Shown: positions 13,531 to 27,013 of the stretch, piece after piece | Layout: each line of letters starts with the position of its first letter | Position numbering within the stretch: the first letter of the stretch is position 1 | Origin: Haliotis rubra | Taxonomy: Eukaryota | Assembly (NCBI RefSeq): GCF_003918875.1 | Contig: NW_025766936.1 | Location: 372,001-436,000 of the forward strand | Length of the DNA stretch: 64,000 nucleotides | Reading direction: 5' to 3' | Notes under the pieces: generated by a model | Told to the model about the DNA's origin: nothing | Seen by the model: only the letters and a program-made list of their open reading frames with translations | The model's database searches: none | Translations under genes and position numbers: made by a program

Positions 13531-14179
13531 AAGAGATGGCTATGACTCTCCCCCAATTCAACTGGGGCAAAAATATTCTATTCAAAGATCGCTTCTTATA
13601 TTTTTATGGTTTAGTAATTTAGAGAAAACCATCAAGCATGGAGCTGATTATGTAGACGATGTCCAGTCGACTGACCAGTAACTCGTACAGTTTGATTAAC
13701 CGTTTTAGCTCGATTCCGTAGAGCCTGGTTTTGGTTCAATCGATCATGTACTGGTGGCGCTGACCAAGGACGCTCTGACCGCGGTCATCGACATGTGGAG
13801 TTTGATGGCACCTGTTCCGTTGGCAGCTGATCACAGACAGTGAGATACTGAAATCCTGCAGGACTAAACAATCATTATAAACAAGTAAATCAGAACTATA
13901 TGAAACACAGAATCAATCAAATTGACAGGAGATTACAAGACCTTCCTTGAAAGTGTCAAAACCAGACACAATGCTGACGTGTCACAACTACGGGGTGTGT
14001 TTTGGTGTGACGTTACATGACAAAAAATGTCTGCTTCGGGTGTTTGTCGTCCACCCCTAACTTTGTTCTCATCACTAATATAGACATGTATATTTTAGGT
14101 TCCCTTACGTTTTTAAGGAGATAGACAGACAGACATACAGAAAGTTTTGAATACACAATGCATTGAAGAAAATGGTCAA

Positions 14180-15657
14180 ATGTAACACATGCTATATTTG
14201 GGGTTTCACTTTCTCAGTATAGTATATAATGTAACACATGTTATATTTGGGGTTTCACTTTCTCAGTATAGTATATAATGTAACAAATGCTATATTTGGG
14301 GTTTCACTTTCTCAGTATAGTATATAATGTAACAAATGCTATATTTGGGGTTTCACTTTCTCAGTATAGTATATAATGTAACACATGCTATATTTGGGGT
14401 TTCACTTTCTCAGTATAGTATATAATGTAACATGCTATATTTGGGGTTTCACTTTCTCAGTATAGTATATAATGTAACACACATGCTATATTTGGGGTTT
14501 CACTTTCTCAGTATAGTATATAATGTAACACATGCTATATTTGGGGTTTCACTTTCTCAGTATAGTATATAATGTAACACATGCTATATTTGGGGTTTCA
14601 CTTTCTCAGTATAGTATATAATGTAACACATGCTATATTTGGGGTTTCACTTTCTCAGTATAGTATATAATGTAACACATGCTATATTTGGGGTTTCACT
14701 TTCTCAGTATAGTATATAATGTAACACATGCTATATTTGGGGTTTCACTTTCTCAGTATAGTATATAATGTAACACATGCTATATTTGGGGTTTCACTTT
14801 CTCAGTATAGTATATAATGTAACACATGCTATATTTGGGGTTCCACTTTCTCAGTATAGTATATAATGTAACATGCTATATTTGGGGTTTCACTTTCTCA
14901 GGATAGTATATAATGTAACACATGCTATATATTAAGCCTCACCTTCAGCATAGTATATAATGTAACACATGCTATATTTGGGGTTTCACTTTCTCAGTAT
15001 AGTATATAATGTAACACATGCTATATTTGGGGTTTCACTTTCTCAGTATAGTATATAATGTAACACATGCTATATTTGGGGTTTCACTTTCTCAGGATAG
15101 TATATAATGTAACACATGCTATATTTGGGGTTTCACTTTCTCAGTATAGTATATAATGTAACACATGCTATATTTGGGGTTTCACTTTCTCAGTATAGTA
15201 TATAATGTAACACATGCTATATTTGGGGTTTCACTTTCTCAGTATAGTATATAATGTAACACATGCTATATTATATTTGGGGTTTCACTTTCTCAGTATA
15301 GTATATAATGTAACACATGCTATATTTGGGGTTTCACTTTCTCAGGATAGTATATAATGTAACACATGCTATATTGGGGGTTTCACTTTGTCAGTATAGT
15401 ATATAATGTAACACATGCTATATTTGGGGTTTCACTTTCTCAGTATAGTATATAATGTAACAAATGCTATATTTGGGGTTTCACTTTCTCAGTATAGTAT
15501 ATAATGTAACAAATGCTATATTTGGGGTTTCACTTTCTCAGTATAGTATATAATGTAACAAATGCTATATTTGGGGTTTCACTTTCTCAGTATAGTATAT
15601 AATGTAACACATGCTATATTTGGGGTTTCACTTTCTCAGTATAGTACATAATGTAAT
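14180..15657. repeat. 49-bp minisatellite, about 30 copies
   Basis: Unit atgtaacacatgctatatttggggtttcactttctcagtatagtatata. Confidence 0.98.
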
Positions 15658-16177
15658 CTAGCCTGAGTTGGGCAATAACAATCAGCAACAAAATTCACGG
15701 TCTTTTTTCAACCCAATACCAATCAAATTACACATTATATTTACTTTCAGTCTAAACACGATCAGAACTGACACTATAACACTGCCAGCTAATGGCCAAT
15801 AATGTCCTCTATATACAAATCAATGTCTGAAAGTAAGTGTTGAAATGTAGTTAATGATTCGACCTTTTTGGGGCCGGTTGAACGATATTGATTTACGGAG
15901 GCTTGAAATGAATTGCTCAAAGACAATGGGTAAACCACGCTTGAAGATAAAGAAACAATACTGAATATCACTGAAGTTGTCAGACAGGGAAGACTCATGC
16001 TTGAATTAAATGCTTCGAATACAGTAAAATATCATGCATGAAATAAATGCTTGACAGACAGTGAAGATTCGTGTTTGAAGTTTTTATACTTTACAAAGAG
16101 TGTAGCTTGTGAGGAAGTGAAGATTGAAGTTCTACTTGGCTTACAGAGGAGATCCATTTTGTGTTTGATGGTTGACA

Positions 16178-16349
16178 GGGGCGGTGGGGTAGCCTAGTGG
16201 TTAAAGCGTTCGCTCGTCACGCCGAAGATCTGGGTTCGATTCTCCACATGGGTACAATGTGTGAAGCCCATTTCTGGTGTCCCCCGCTGTCATATTGCTG
16301 GGATATTGCTAACAGAGGCGTAAAATTAAACCACTCACTCACTCAATTA
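16178..16349 (+). mobile_element. tRNA-derived SINE family 1, full length
   Basis: A box tagcctagtgg, B box ggttcgattc, (actc)n tail; 10-bp TSD atggttgaca at 16168-16177 and 16350-16359. Confidence 0.93.
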
Positions 16350-17891
16350 ATGGTTGACACTGAAGATTCATGTTTGAAGTCAGTGGCTGACAATTGAAGC
16401 TGGAGCTTCTGGCTGTGTATAAGATATGTCATTCTTTACACACCTCATAATGTATTTTCACGCTGTAAGGTATATTTTCTAGAACGTCACAAAATGATGC
16501 TTGACAAGTCATAATAGAAACATGGCCTGTTCACAACACACTCGGGAACACTGAAAGGTACATCACACATCCATTCAAATGGACTAAACAGAACGCTGTC
16601 GAAATGCGCTTTTTCTGTTTTAGAGTCTAATAACTGTACATTAAGAAGTTGAGTATTCAAGAAACTGGAATCCTACACCGATGATATTCCTGGTATTTAA
16701 CATGGACGCGGGGAGGATGCTGTGGTGGTCATCTGACATCGATATTTCGATTGTAAGAAAGTTGGTATGAACACGCCTCCCCTCCGGTTCCCCCTCCTCT
16801 CCTCAGCCCCCTCGGGTATTGATTGGCAGCCCCATGCGTGACACGCCCTTGTAATGAGGGTAATGCTGTCAACTGAGATCCAACAAGCGGATGGTGCGAG
16901 TGACTAGCGGAGTGGGGTGAGTCCCTGTTGCAGGTGTACAGTTGCAGGTTGCTGTTGCAGGCCCTTTAGACGTGATACTGTACTACACACTGATGGGGGC
17001 AACTACCATGCAGGAAACAACAAAGAGGCGAGTGTACTTTCATAAAGACAAATTAAGTTCATACATATCAATTACTGGTTACTAAGCAACAGCAGCTCAA
17101 ATTTAGAGCCGCTGGCCATACCGTGTGGTTGATTGAGACCTACCAATAATCCAACACGCAAAACCATTCAAATCGTTATCTCGAGCCACGGCCCATTCGT
17201 CACCACTCACATATTTCCGTAACAAGCAGAATAGATGGCTAGTTCCGGACCGACACGACTGGGCACGCGAAGAAGACGATGTCGTACTTAGAAGAATAAT
17301 GACGTTTATAAATACATCAATATACTGCCACACAAATGATATATATCTATATTTAACATTATGTTGGTCGTATGGGTTAGCGTTTGATGTGCTAGTTCGC
17401 GAAACATTTGATCCCATCGCTGGCAAAACTATTCAGTTTTAAACAATACCTTTAGGTGATGCAAGAAACTGGTGGACTCACCTGTTACAGAAACGATATT
17501 AATTTAGTAGAACAGTTTTTGCTGAAATGTTATATGTGGAACGAGGAACCAGGCTGGTGTTGAGTCGTCTGTGACGCAATAACAAAACTTCCGTTGCATA
17601 TACTAACTTGTCGTTCCCTTTGCTAGGTCTCCATGCATCGGGGTTCATTTCCATTCTGACTCCTCCCATTATGACTACTCCCAATTTGACTACCCATCCA
17701 ATACACAACCCGTTCAAGTCGAGTGGTTTTTAACTACTAGCTCTCTCCCCTCCATCAGGTTGACTGTTCCACCAACACTTATAAACAATTATAGCTATAC
17801 CTGTTTCGTACACTATTCATTCAGCTAATTACATAGGTCATTGTTGTGGAAGAGTTTAAGTATGCATATATACTGAGTTACACGATATATC

Positions 17892-19830
17892 AGAAGAAGA
17901 AGAAGAAGAGCTTTATTCAGTATTTATGGCCACATGACCAAAAGTACAATTCAATAAGCAAAATATAGCACATGGTCAGGAGAACAATTTACAATTTATG
18001 CAGCTAAATATAGTTTAAGATAAATTGCAATATATTTGTAGGAGTTTTACATTCTTTGTTGCAAGCAGCTAAGTAAACTTTGATCTGGTTGGATATGTAA
18101 TATAAAAATCAGGAATGTACAAAGAGCGTTGTTGTGAATAAAATGGACATACGAGTAAGAAATGATACTCATCTTGTATCAAATTACAATTACATTTATC
18201 ACATTTAATGGAATCAGCATTTACCTTATTAAAACGGTTGTGTTGAATTTTAAGTTTATGACCCATGCATCTGAATTTAAATAAAACTCGTAAGAGATCT
18301 TTATCATAGCAAAACTCTGATATATATTTTTCCGGTTCAAGTACAGATTTATATGACGAGTAATGATTTAAGAATGATGAAGAAGTGATTTTTGCATACC
18401 AATTCTGTATATCTATATCTTTACATCTCTGTTTAAAAACACTTATAAAACGTGTTACATCGCCACAATCTTGCGATAACCACACAAAAGAAAACCCAGA
18501 GTGAAATAAAAGTAAACGTACATGGGATACCCAATTGCGACCACCATTGTCGTCGTATGTTTTTAACATTTCATAGCATGCCTTTGGAATACGATAACTT
18601 TCCATATTCAGGAGTCTACACCAGTACTTTATACAACGGGTGAAATACTGTACACAAAGATGGTTTCACCGAGTAGCTACAGTTTTGCTAACACGAAGAT
18701 ATCTTTTGAAATAATAACTTTGTATTTTTTCAATGTTTGCACGATAGGTAAACCCCCATATTTCTGCACCATAAAGCAGAATCGGTGCAATTTTGCTATC
18801 AAATATAGTAGATGCCACATTCAAAGAGATATTTTGATAAGTTCTGAAAAGAGAAAATATCGGAAATGAAGCCTTCCTAGCTTGTAAAGCTAATGTTTCA
18901 CATGCTTTAGACCAGTACAATTTTTATGTGAAAACAATGCCAAGATATTTATAATGAGATAAAACCTTCATGTTTGTACCATCATAAAGCCATTTTTCGA
19001 TATTTCGAAGATAGCCACCATTCCTGAAACGAATAATGCAGGATTTATCTAAGTTAACTTCTAGACCCCATTTGATACAAAATGATTTTAATGTATCCAG
19101 CTTTTTTTGTAAACCTATTACTGTGTCATCAATGAGAGTGACGTCATCTGCGAATAGCAATAAAAGTATATCATTCATACCATTTTTCACAAATATTCCA
19201 CGTAGGCCACAAGCATTCATTTCATCTACTAATTCGTTGATAAAGAAAATGAACAGAACAGGACTGAGAATACATCCTTGTCGTAGTCGAGATGTTGTGG
19301 AGAATACTTCTGTTCGTACACTAGATATTTTCACACAAGCAGATACCTTATCATACATGTTTTTTGAGGATTCGTATTATTTTCCCATGTATACCTTTGG
19401 AGATAAGAGCATATAAAAGCTTGTTTCTGTCTGTATAATCAAAGGCCTTCCGAAAGTCAATGAAAGCTATGTAAAACCGATGTTTACGTTTTCTTAAATA
19501 CTTTTGGCATAGAGCTTGCCGAGCGAACATATTATCAGCTGATGAGTAATCGGGCCTAAACCCTGCTTAACATTCATGTAATATATCGTTTAAATCTAAC
19601 CAGATACGGATTCTGACTTCGAGGATAGAAGTGAATATTTTCCCCATTACATTCAACAAAGAGATTCCACGATAGTTATTTGGTTCGTGAGTGCTTCCTT
19701 TTTTATAGAGTGGAATGATCAAGCCAACATTCCCAGATATCAGGAAAAATGCCGCTGTCCAGTATAGCACTAAACAATATTTCTAGGTAGGGAAGTATGC
19801 ATTGAGCATGTTTGAAGAATTCGGGTGGTG
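17892..19830 (-). mobile_element. 5'-truncated LINE (L2/CR1 group): RT pseudogene with 3' UTR
   Basis: PLYKKG...NYRGISLL, FIDFRKAFD, RQGCILSP.LF, LLFADD, YKYLG, ILLYGAEIWG and C-terminal C..C...DEYHFLLVC; stops and frameshifts; aataaa plus (ttc)n tail at 17892-17917. Confidence 0.95.
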
Positions 19831-19849
19831 TTGTCATGTACACTACATA

Positions 19850-19958
19850 GTAAGAAAAGCCTATGTCCTTTACAAACCTGTACATCATGTGTTTTGTTCA
19901 AGTCCAAAAATAAATTCTTTTTCTTCTTCTTTCTTCTTCTTCTGCTTCTTCTTCTTCT
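19850..19958 (+). mobile_element. Probable second LINE 3' tail in the opposite orientation
   Basis: aataaa followed by a (ttc)n tail, the same tail type as the adjacent minus-strand LINE. Confidence 0.5.
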
Positions 19959-20496
19959 ACATTGTTCCAATAGCTGGATGCATAATTGGAATAAGTTGAC
20001 AACAAAAGAATAAAACTGAGACAAAATAACAGATAAATGATTGATAATAAGTATGTTCGTTATGGTGTTGGTCTAGCAACGACATGAGCTGCCGCAGAGA
20101 ATCAAGTTATATAAAACTTGACTTACATGGAGTATATATGTAGAGATGATAATCACTGGAAGCGGTTACTTTTAGACATGAACTGGTGTAATGAGTTGAG
20201 AATGTCACTATTAGTTGAGTTATTCAATGCGCCATTACCGTATAAAGTAGTCTTAACATTGTATCCTTGAATATAAAAATACACAGTTGTTCTTAAATTT
20301 TGATAATTCCAACATGCAAAAAGGTAGTGAATAACTACTTCGTTATAATGACCGGTAATAATGATTGAAAATACCTTTGCATTCAACAGTTAATAGTTTG
20401 AATGTAAGTTGGTGGGATTTATGTCCATAGTTTTAAAAAACTTAAGCTATCAGTTTACAAAGTTTTAATCCGAGTAGAGGAGTTATCTCCAAATAG

Positions 20497-21230
20497 AAGT
20501 AGTCATACTGGGAGTAGTCATAATGGGAGTAGTCATACTGGGAGTAGTCATACCGGGAGTAGTCATACTGGGAGTAGTCATACCGGGTGTAGTCATAATG
20601 GGAGTAGTCATACTGGGAGTAGTCAAACTGGGAGTAGTCATACTGGGAGTAGTCATACCGGGAGTAGTCATACTGGGAGTAGTCATACCGGGTGTAGTCA
20701 TAATGGGAGTAGTCATACTGGGAGTAGTCAAACTGGGAGTAGTCATACTGGGAGTAGTCATACTGGGAGTAGTCATATTGGGAGTAGTCATACCGGGAGT
20801 AATCATACTGGGAGTGGTCATACTGGGAGTAGTCATACTGGGAGTAGTCATACTGGAAGTAGTCATACCGGGAGTAGTCATACTGGGAGTAGTCATACTG
20901 GGAGTAGTCATACTGGGAGTAGTCATACCGGGAGTAGTCATACTGGGAGTAGTCATACTGGGAGTAGTCAAACTGGGAGTAGTCATACCGGGAGTAGTCA
21001 TACTGGGAGTAGTCATACTGGGAGTAGTCATACTGGGAGTAGTCATACCGGGAGTAGTCATACTGGGAGTAGTCATTCTGGGAGTAGTCATACTGGGAGT
21101 AGTCATACTAGGACTGGTCATACTGGGAGTAGTCATAATGGGAGTAGTCATACTGGGAGTAGTCATACTGGGAGTAGTCATACCGGGAGTAGTCATACTG
21201 GGAGTAGTCATACTGGGAGTAGTCATAATG
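20497..21230. repeat. 15-bp tandem array, about 49 copies
   Basis: Unit gggagtagtcatact; source of the MTTPS and GVVIL ORFs. Confidence 0.98.
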
Positions 21231-23047
21231 TGAATATACCTCCACCCCGGGATTGTTTCCCTATATTTCAGTATCGATATCCAGCTACCTACTCCCTCAC
21301 TCACCCCTCTTTCCCTCGGTGTAATTAAAATTTGTTTACCTATAGTGTGTTTACCTATAGTGTGTTTGCCTATAGGTTATTCACCTATAAACCATCATCC
21401 CGCTGTATGTTGTAATCCGGGCTGACTCAACCCACTCTGCTGAGTGGCTTGGTTGTATATTTATTGAAAACAAGTAAACGGCGAATCCAAGGAAGGACTG
21501 TGAACTCTGTGAGTATATCTACACGTAATTGCAATGAAGACCTGGCTATGTTTATGGTTCTGTTGGGTATTGATGTGACATAACTGTGTCATTAACCCTG
21601 CACCAACCACGGCCACTTCTACACGCCCAGTGAACTCCGAGCTGCCCCTCACACCTAGAGACGCTCGGCGCTGATTGAAAAATAATTTGATTCTGATTAA
21701 ACCTCTTGGAGTGAAAACAAACCTCCTCGCCCCGTCTTGAGCGGGGTATTTATTGTGCAATCCGAGGATTCTCCTATTTAAATACTTCTTACGATTTCAG
21801 TTGTGGAAATTAATGTGTATAAAATCTACTCAGACAGACTTCATCAAGCCATCATTCGCACTATGTACGGCATGTTATATTTGCCCGGAATTACAAATCA
21901 TAATTGATTTCTAGAATTAATCGCCGCAAATAAAGTGACGTATCCCCCGCGCTGCTGGTCGGCGTATCGATCTCACCGTGGGTCACACTCCGACACCGCC
22001 GTATTAGCTCGGAAAACACTCTTCAAGAACGTCATGTTTAAATTCCAATCATCAATTCTTGACTTAATTTATGGACTACGAGGCAAGTTTCACAAACTTA
22101 TTCATTTGCCGCGACTGCAAGGGGCAAAGGGACAGCCACACAACACTGTCGCCTTTCCAATGAGAAGGTGTCATTAGCTCAAACAGGTCCTGGCAGAGCC
22201 CAGACCCAGTCTGAGTTGAAGGATTCAAGTGAAATGACCATCTAAATCTCGCAGGTTGGCAAATATTATATATTTACATTTGAGTCGAATATTGAAAGAA
22301 TCAAATCGGTGGTCACTTGCGCGATGAATGAAAAAGTTCGATTGAAGCTGTTGCTCCTATTAGCCCTGTACTTAAATGAAAATGGCTGATGTGGTTCTAC
22401 AAGAGCACGGCACATATGTTTGAGGGGATTGTTAGTCCTGATTGGCAGGAGGATGCTCGCTTGTCAGCCTTTCATACTCCAAGCTGTTTCAATATTGATT
22501 CAAGTTTTGATTATTCAACAGATTGATGCAGTCCTGACGGCGTGGGGACAAGCGTCTTCAGTCAGGTCCACGATGGATGCTTTGAGAAGCTGCTTCAGAG
22601 TCTGACTGGAGACACAAGCGGCCAACGCCTGGTCTCTCTGCCAGGGAGAGGAACAAAGTAACAGACACTAACACACTGGCTGATGTCTGTAGCGGTTATC
22701 AAAAAACATATCGTCGGAATGTTTACAGTGTCCACAATAGATCCCTGAACCCCGTAGATGTACACTAATGTCTAGCGTGTTTGTTTGGCTTCGTTTTCAT
22801 GTCCGGTTGGTGTTTCTGTTACATATGAAAGCGTACGTCAGTCACTTCCTTATGTATAACGGTGATTCCTACTTGTGTAATACTGCAAACTTGATGTCTA
22901 TATTTAGTGATGTATTTAAAGATGGAACAATATCCATCACAGAGCTACCAGACTGCTGCACCACAATGATTATATATTATATCAAACATAGACTCATAGC
23001 ATGTAGATCGCCCAGTCTATTATTGTCAGTCACATCTTCTTTTGAAG

Positions 23048-23111
23048 AGGATCTTCACGAGTGTTGACTGGATCTTCACGAGTGTTGACTGGATCTTCAC
23101 GAGTGTTGACT
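23048..23111. repeat. 21-bp tandem repeat, 3 copies
   Basis: ggatcttcacgagtgttgact three times. Confidence 0.9.
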
Positions 23112-23399
23112 AGAACCTGCGCACATCCTGGATCTCCTGACATCCACCGGAAGTTAAGCACCAACACTGCTGAAGGTTTCCAGACGGTGTTGCACATGTC
23201 TGTTGTTGGTATACAATACAGGTAAACATTTTGTGAGGTCTTGAATGCACCCTGGAGCCAGACCAAAGAGTGATTGGTCGACAGATACCGTCAGCCTAAA
23301 CATGATTGTCACTGGGGGCCTAGGAAGTTCTTTGGAACGTCAATGGTGTCAGTGCGTGAAAACCACAAAACCCTTTCAATGTTCAAAAGAAATTTCAGC

Positions 23400-25900
23400 A
23401 CAGTATACTGTACGATTTATACTCTTCCTCGAGGATCACCATCAAGCAGTGAACATATCAGGCGTTTGCAAAAAGATGAACATTTCCTCCCCAACCAGTG
23501 GCACCAGTCAAAACACATGCAAATGCGAGTCAAGTGTTCAGCTGGTAAATGATGGGAACATATGGCACTAATCAAACGTCGAATTGCATCTAACATCAGT
23601 ATATCCAGTTTTGAAATGTCCTCCACACGTCTGAAATAGAACGTTTGAAAACTTTACCGTGCCTTGAATGTTGATCGGAACCGAATTGTGACTAAGAGTT
23701 GCACGACGCTCTTTGAAATCTTGGTTGAGATCATGGCAATGCCTACCTCTTCCTTACCTCCTTACACCTAGACTTCCACATCGGAATCAGGTGTAGAACA
23801 TCAAATGACATGAAGCTTAATGGACCATAATAGTTTTCAAATCTTAGTGTCATCAAGTTAATATTTCCTGAGAGCACAGCCACAAATGAACATAATAACT
23901 GAAAACGTCAAGTCAGAAGATGATCCCGAGATGGATACTGTCCAGTAAAGTATTTCATTATCAAATGCACAAGCGTAGTGTGTAAAGTGACATTTACAGC
24001 GAATGAGCAGTGCCGACATTTCAGAACTATTGGTGGCATCTGGTGGTGAGGCTTACATCATCAGACAGGTTAATTCTGAAGATGTTGAAAGCCTCATCCC
24101 ATAAATACAGATTCAATGGTGTGACACACGTACAGAGTTTGACCCGCCGTACAGGTCGCATACGCCTTTCCCTGATTAGGTTCCAGTATATCCTTGCAGC
24201 TCAATATGACCGTACAGGTGAGAGTATGCAGCATGTGTTGCGAGGACAATTACCTCTGTTACAGTAATGTCTGCGATTGATCGAATACGACGTGAGAATG
24301 CAAAACTTAGCTCGAAGTATTTCTGTCAAAAACATTTTGCGGATAAAACTGTAATTCGAATTGAATGTTCTTTTATCATGTAGAAAGTAATTTGGAGTGA
24401 TTTGGTATTGTTGAGAATATAAAGTTATGGCGACATATCAAAGACGTCAGTAGCAAGTCTAGAGTAAGTTCCCTCTTGTCAGTTACATGTACACCACACA
24501 GCTTGTCCATGCAAAAGAGTGGGGATATTGTCGAGGGACTACGAAAAGCATTGCTCCTTATATATAAGAGCTGTACTAATTGTCAAATCTTCAAGGTATT
24601 TCTGATTTGCGAGTACAAGTAAAGAGGATTACTCCTCAGCCAGTCCACAAGAATGGAACCTGCCAGTTCTCTCAATATTGAACATGACTCTGTCCTTTGC
24701 AGGGACGTTGCCATTTTAGAGACAAGCATCTATGAATGAAAATTGTATGTCAGCATATTGACATTAAGATCCTTGTTTGTACTGAACATAGTTCAGATAC
24801 CAGACACTGGTTGCTGGATACACAGTGTTCTAATCCCAACTATGTGTAAGCACACCAACGGGTTGAATACATGGACGCCTAAATCCATCACTTTGTTGGC
24901 GAGATGAAACCTCGCCACTGAAACATTCACAACTGCGCCGTCAAACATTATGGATACAAACAAAAAACGTCCCATGTTTTTGTTGTGTTTATCAGGAAAC
25001 GTTCTTGGCATATCTTAAGACTAAGTAGTGTTCGGTTATTGTGGCAATGTTTTCGGAAACCAGCTCTCGGTGCCATGTAGCAGCATAGAGAAGGTTATGG
25101 GCTGTCAACACGTGCATCACGACACCCGTGACAGGGAGGGACGTCTACCCCAAGGGAGGCTGTTGTTATAGAGAGAATGACGTCACCGGAGAACAGCCTC
25201 TTTTTGACGCCGAGGGCAGTTCGAAACAAGCATCTAATGATTTCAGTGAAACAACACGTTTATTCGCAGCAAATTGTCGATCACAATGAATTGGCTCTGC
25301 CATCAAAGATGCAGTCAAAATCAGTTATCAACTCGTAGTACATAAATGTCAATAAAGTATATGACCATGAGAGAATCTTACATTCTTTCTAACATGTTTC
25401 AGACGTAACCTGATAGAAAACGCTGACTGTTTCCTGTTTGAAAGACACTTTTTCCTCCACGAGGGTTTCGTCAATCAAACTCCTGTTTGTCTCAGAATTT
25501 AGAAATAGGTTTCTTTTGCTGGCTTTCTGAAATTCTATTTGAGTACTTCTGAGTATGTTAGTCCCCGAACAACACGGTTTTGTGATTTGTTGTTCATTTT
25601 ATCTCCATGTAGCATGCGATCAACAAGGCTTACAACCTCGTGGTAATTAAAGTATTTGCTACACTATCCTTCTTGGGCACGATAGTTTAATTAGTTTACG
25701 GAGAGGTACTTCTTAATCAGTCTGTGTCTGCGGCTAGGCGGATCTGACAGACCTCAGTGGCTGAGAACGTGAGGGGGCGAGGTGGACGGACTACAGCAGA
25801 GAGACCGCTGAGGAAGAAGTGCTTCGGACTTACCCCAAAATGAACATTATGGCAAACGATGACTCTACCATGAGTGTGATAAATGGCGATTGCATCAATT
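23400..25900 (-). pseudogene. Decayed coding unit copy A; possibly an ADAM/M12B metalloprotease-disintegrin-like pseudogene
   Basis: Ordered minus-strand peptides: VCQIRLAADTD, YHEVVSLVDRML, YTLLTFMY..TDFD..GRA..STIC, VMHVLTAHNL, GRF..IMFDGAV, CPRNTCC, GT*SGKGVCDL, TGYTDVRC; many stops and frameshifts. Confidence 0.4.
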
Positions 25901-26074
25901 ACTGCTATTATATAAATACCATACATATACCGGTGATCACCACAGCGCGTGGGACGTCCTCCGTGGACTCTGTGCAGGACGCAGCGGAGTCGCTGAGGTT
26001 AGAAATAACATAGCAAGTTGTTCTCGCTGTGCCAAATTTAAGGTTTAGATCGTCATATTAACTCAGTGTTCATA

Positions 26075-26285
26075 CTTTAGCAGTGAGATCTCGATGTTAA
26101 CTGGTGTTTTCACTTAAGCAATTAGATCTCGATGTTAACTGGTGTTCCCACTTAAGCACTGAGATCTCAATGTTAGCTGGTGTTCCCACTTTAGCAGTAA
26201 GATCTCGATGTTAATTGGCATTCCTACCTTAGCAGTAAGATCTGGATGATAACTGGTGCCCCGCTTTTTTAAACTGAGACTTCGA
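26075..26285. repeat. 38-bp tandem repeat, about 5 copies
   Basis: Unit agatctcgatgttaactggtgttcccacttaagcactg. Confidence 0.88.
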
Positions 26286-26612
26286 AGCAAATGGTTTATG
26301 GGCTAAAAACGTACACCCACGATAGGATTCCATTGCCCATTTAAGACACCTTCTGTGTGGTGATTGTTTAGGGCTACGTGGTGAAGCATTATTCCTGATT
26401 ACTGACGGACTGTGATGGCGGTGTGTGTGACTGAAGCAGTCTTGGACGCCACCACCTGAAACTGCGTGTCAGCATCTCATAACGAACCTGCTGCGGACTT
26501 CACACCATGTCGGCGTATTGCTTGACCTCCACGTCTACATGGCGTGAAGGTCATCATGTAGGTATATAATCACATACTCTGCCATACATAATGTATAAAC
26601 ATAACGTAGTTC

Positions 26613-26722
26613 AATATAAAACAAACTTTATGGATAACAACTTCTTTTTATTCGTGAGTGCGACGTTCTATATTGTACTTCCCAACTTCTAAAATGCCAC
26701 TCAAAGAAGTTATCCGTCGTCT
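26613..26722. mobile_element. Internally collapsed copy of the palindromic Penelope-type mini-element
   Basis: Shares both ends with 41711-41916; 14-bp TSD acataacgtagttc at 26599-26612 and 26723-26736. Confidence 0.8.
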
Positions 26723-27013
26723 ACATAACGTAGTTCTTACCCTTCAGTTCCAAATACCTGCTTTATTTGAAAATCATTTTGCAGAAATACTAATAAGTTG
26801 AAACGAAACACATAATTCAAAACGTGGAAACTGAACACGATTTGGGGTTATCAGTCTACAATGTTGAGGCTTGATGTAAACCGTTATATGTATTATTATT
26901 GTACATGACTGCAAAATGTGAAGAAACGAGAACGTTTGACAAAATATATGTCAGAATTGTTGCTACGTTTCATGCTGTCGCTATGTGTACATCTGACTTT
27001 GTACATTGTAACA

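Larger units (their letters stand above)
17641..21241. mobile_element. Putative TIR DNA element with 15-bp subterminal repeats, containing a nested LINE
   Basis: Left end gggttcatttccattctgactcctcccattatgactactccc aligns with the reverse complement of the right end, aggtatattcacattatgactactcccagtatgactac; no clear TSD. Confidence 0.55.

Noticed and set aside
16178-16255. tRNA gene (also at about 47920 and 58283)
   Set aside because: tRNA-like heads continue into a shared body, a simple-repeat tail and TSDs, so they are SINEs
20483-21304. 273-aa mucin-like MTTPS ORF and the antisense GVVIL ORF
   Set aside because: A pure 15-bp array that is open on both strands, with no signal peptide, and matching the inverted terminus at 17641
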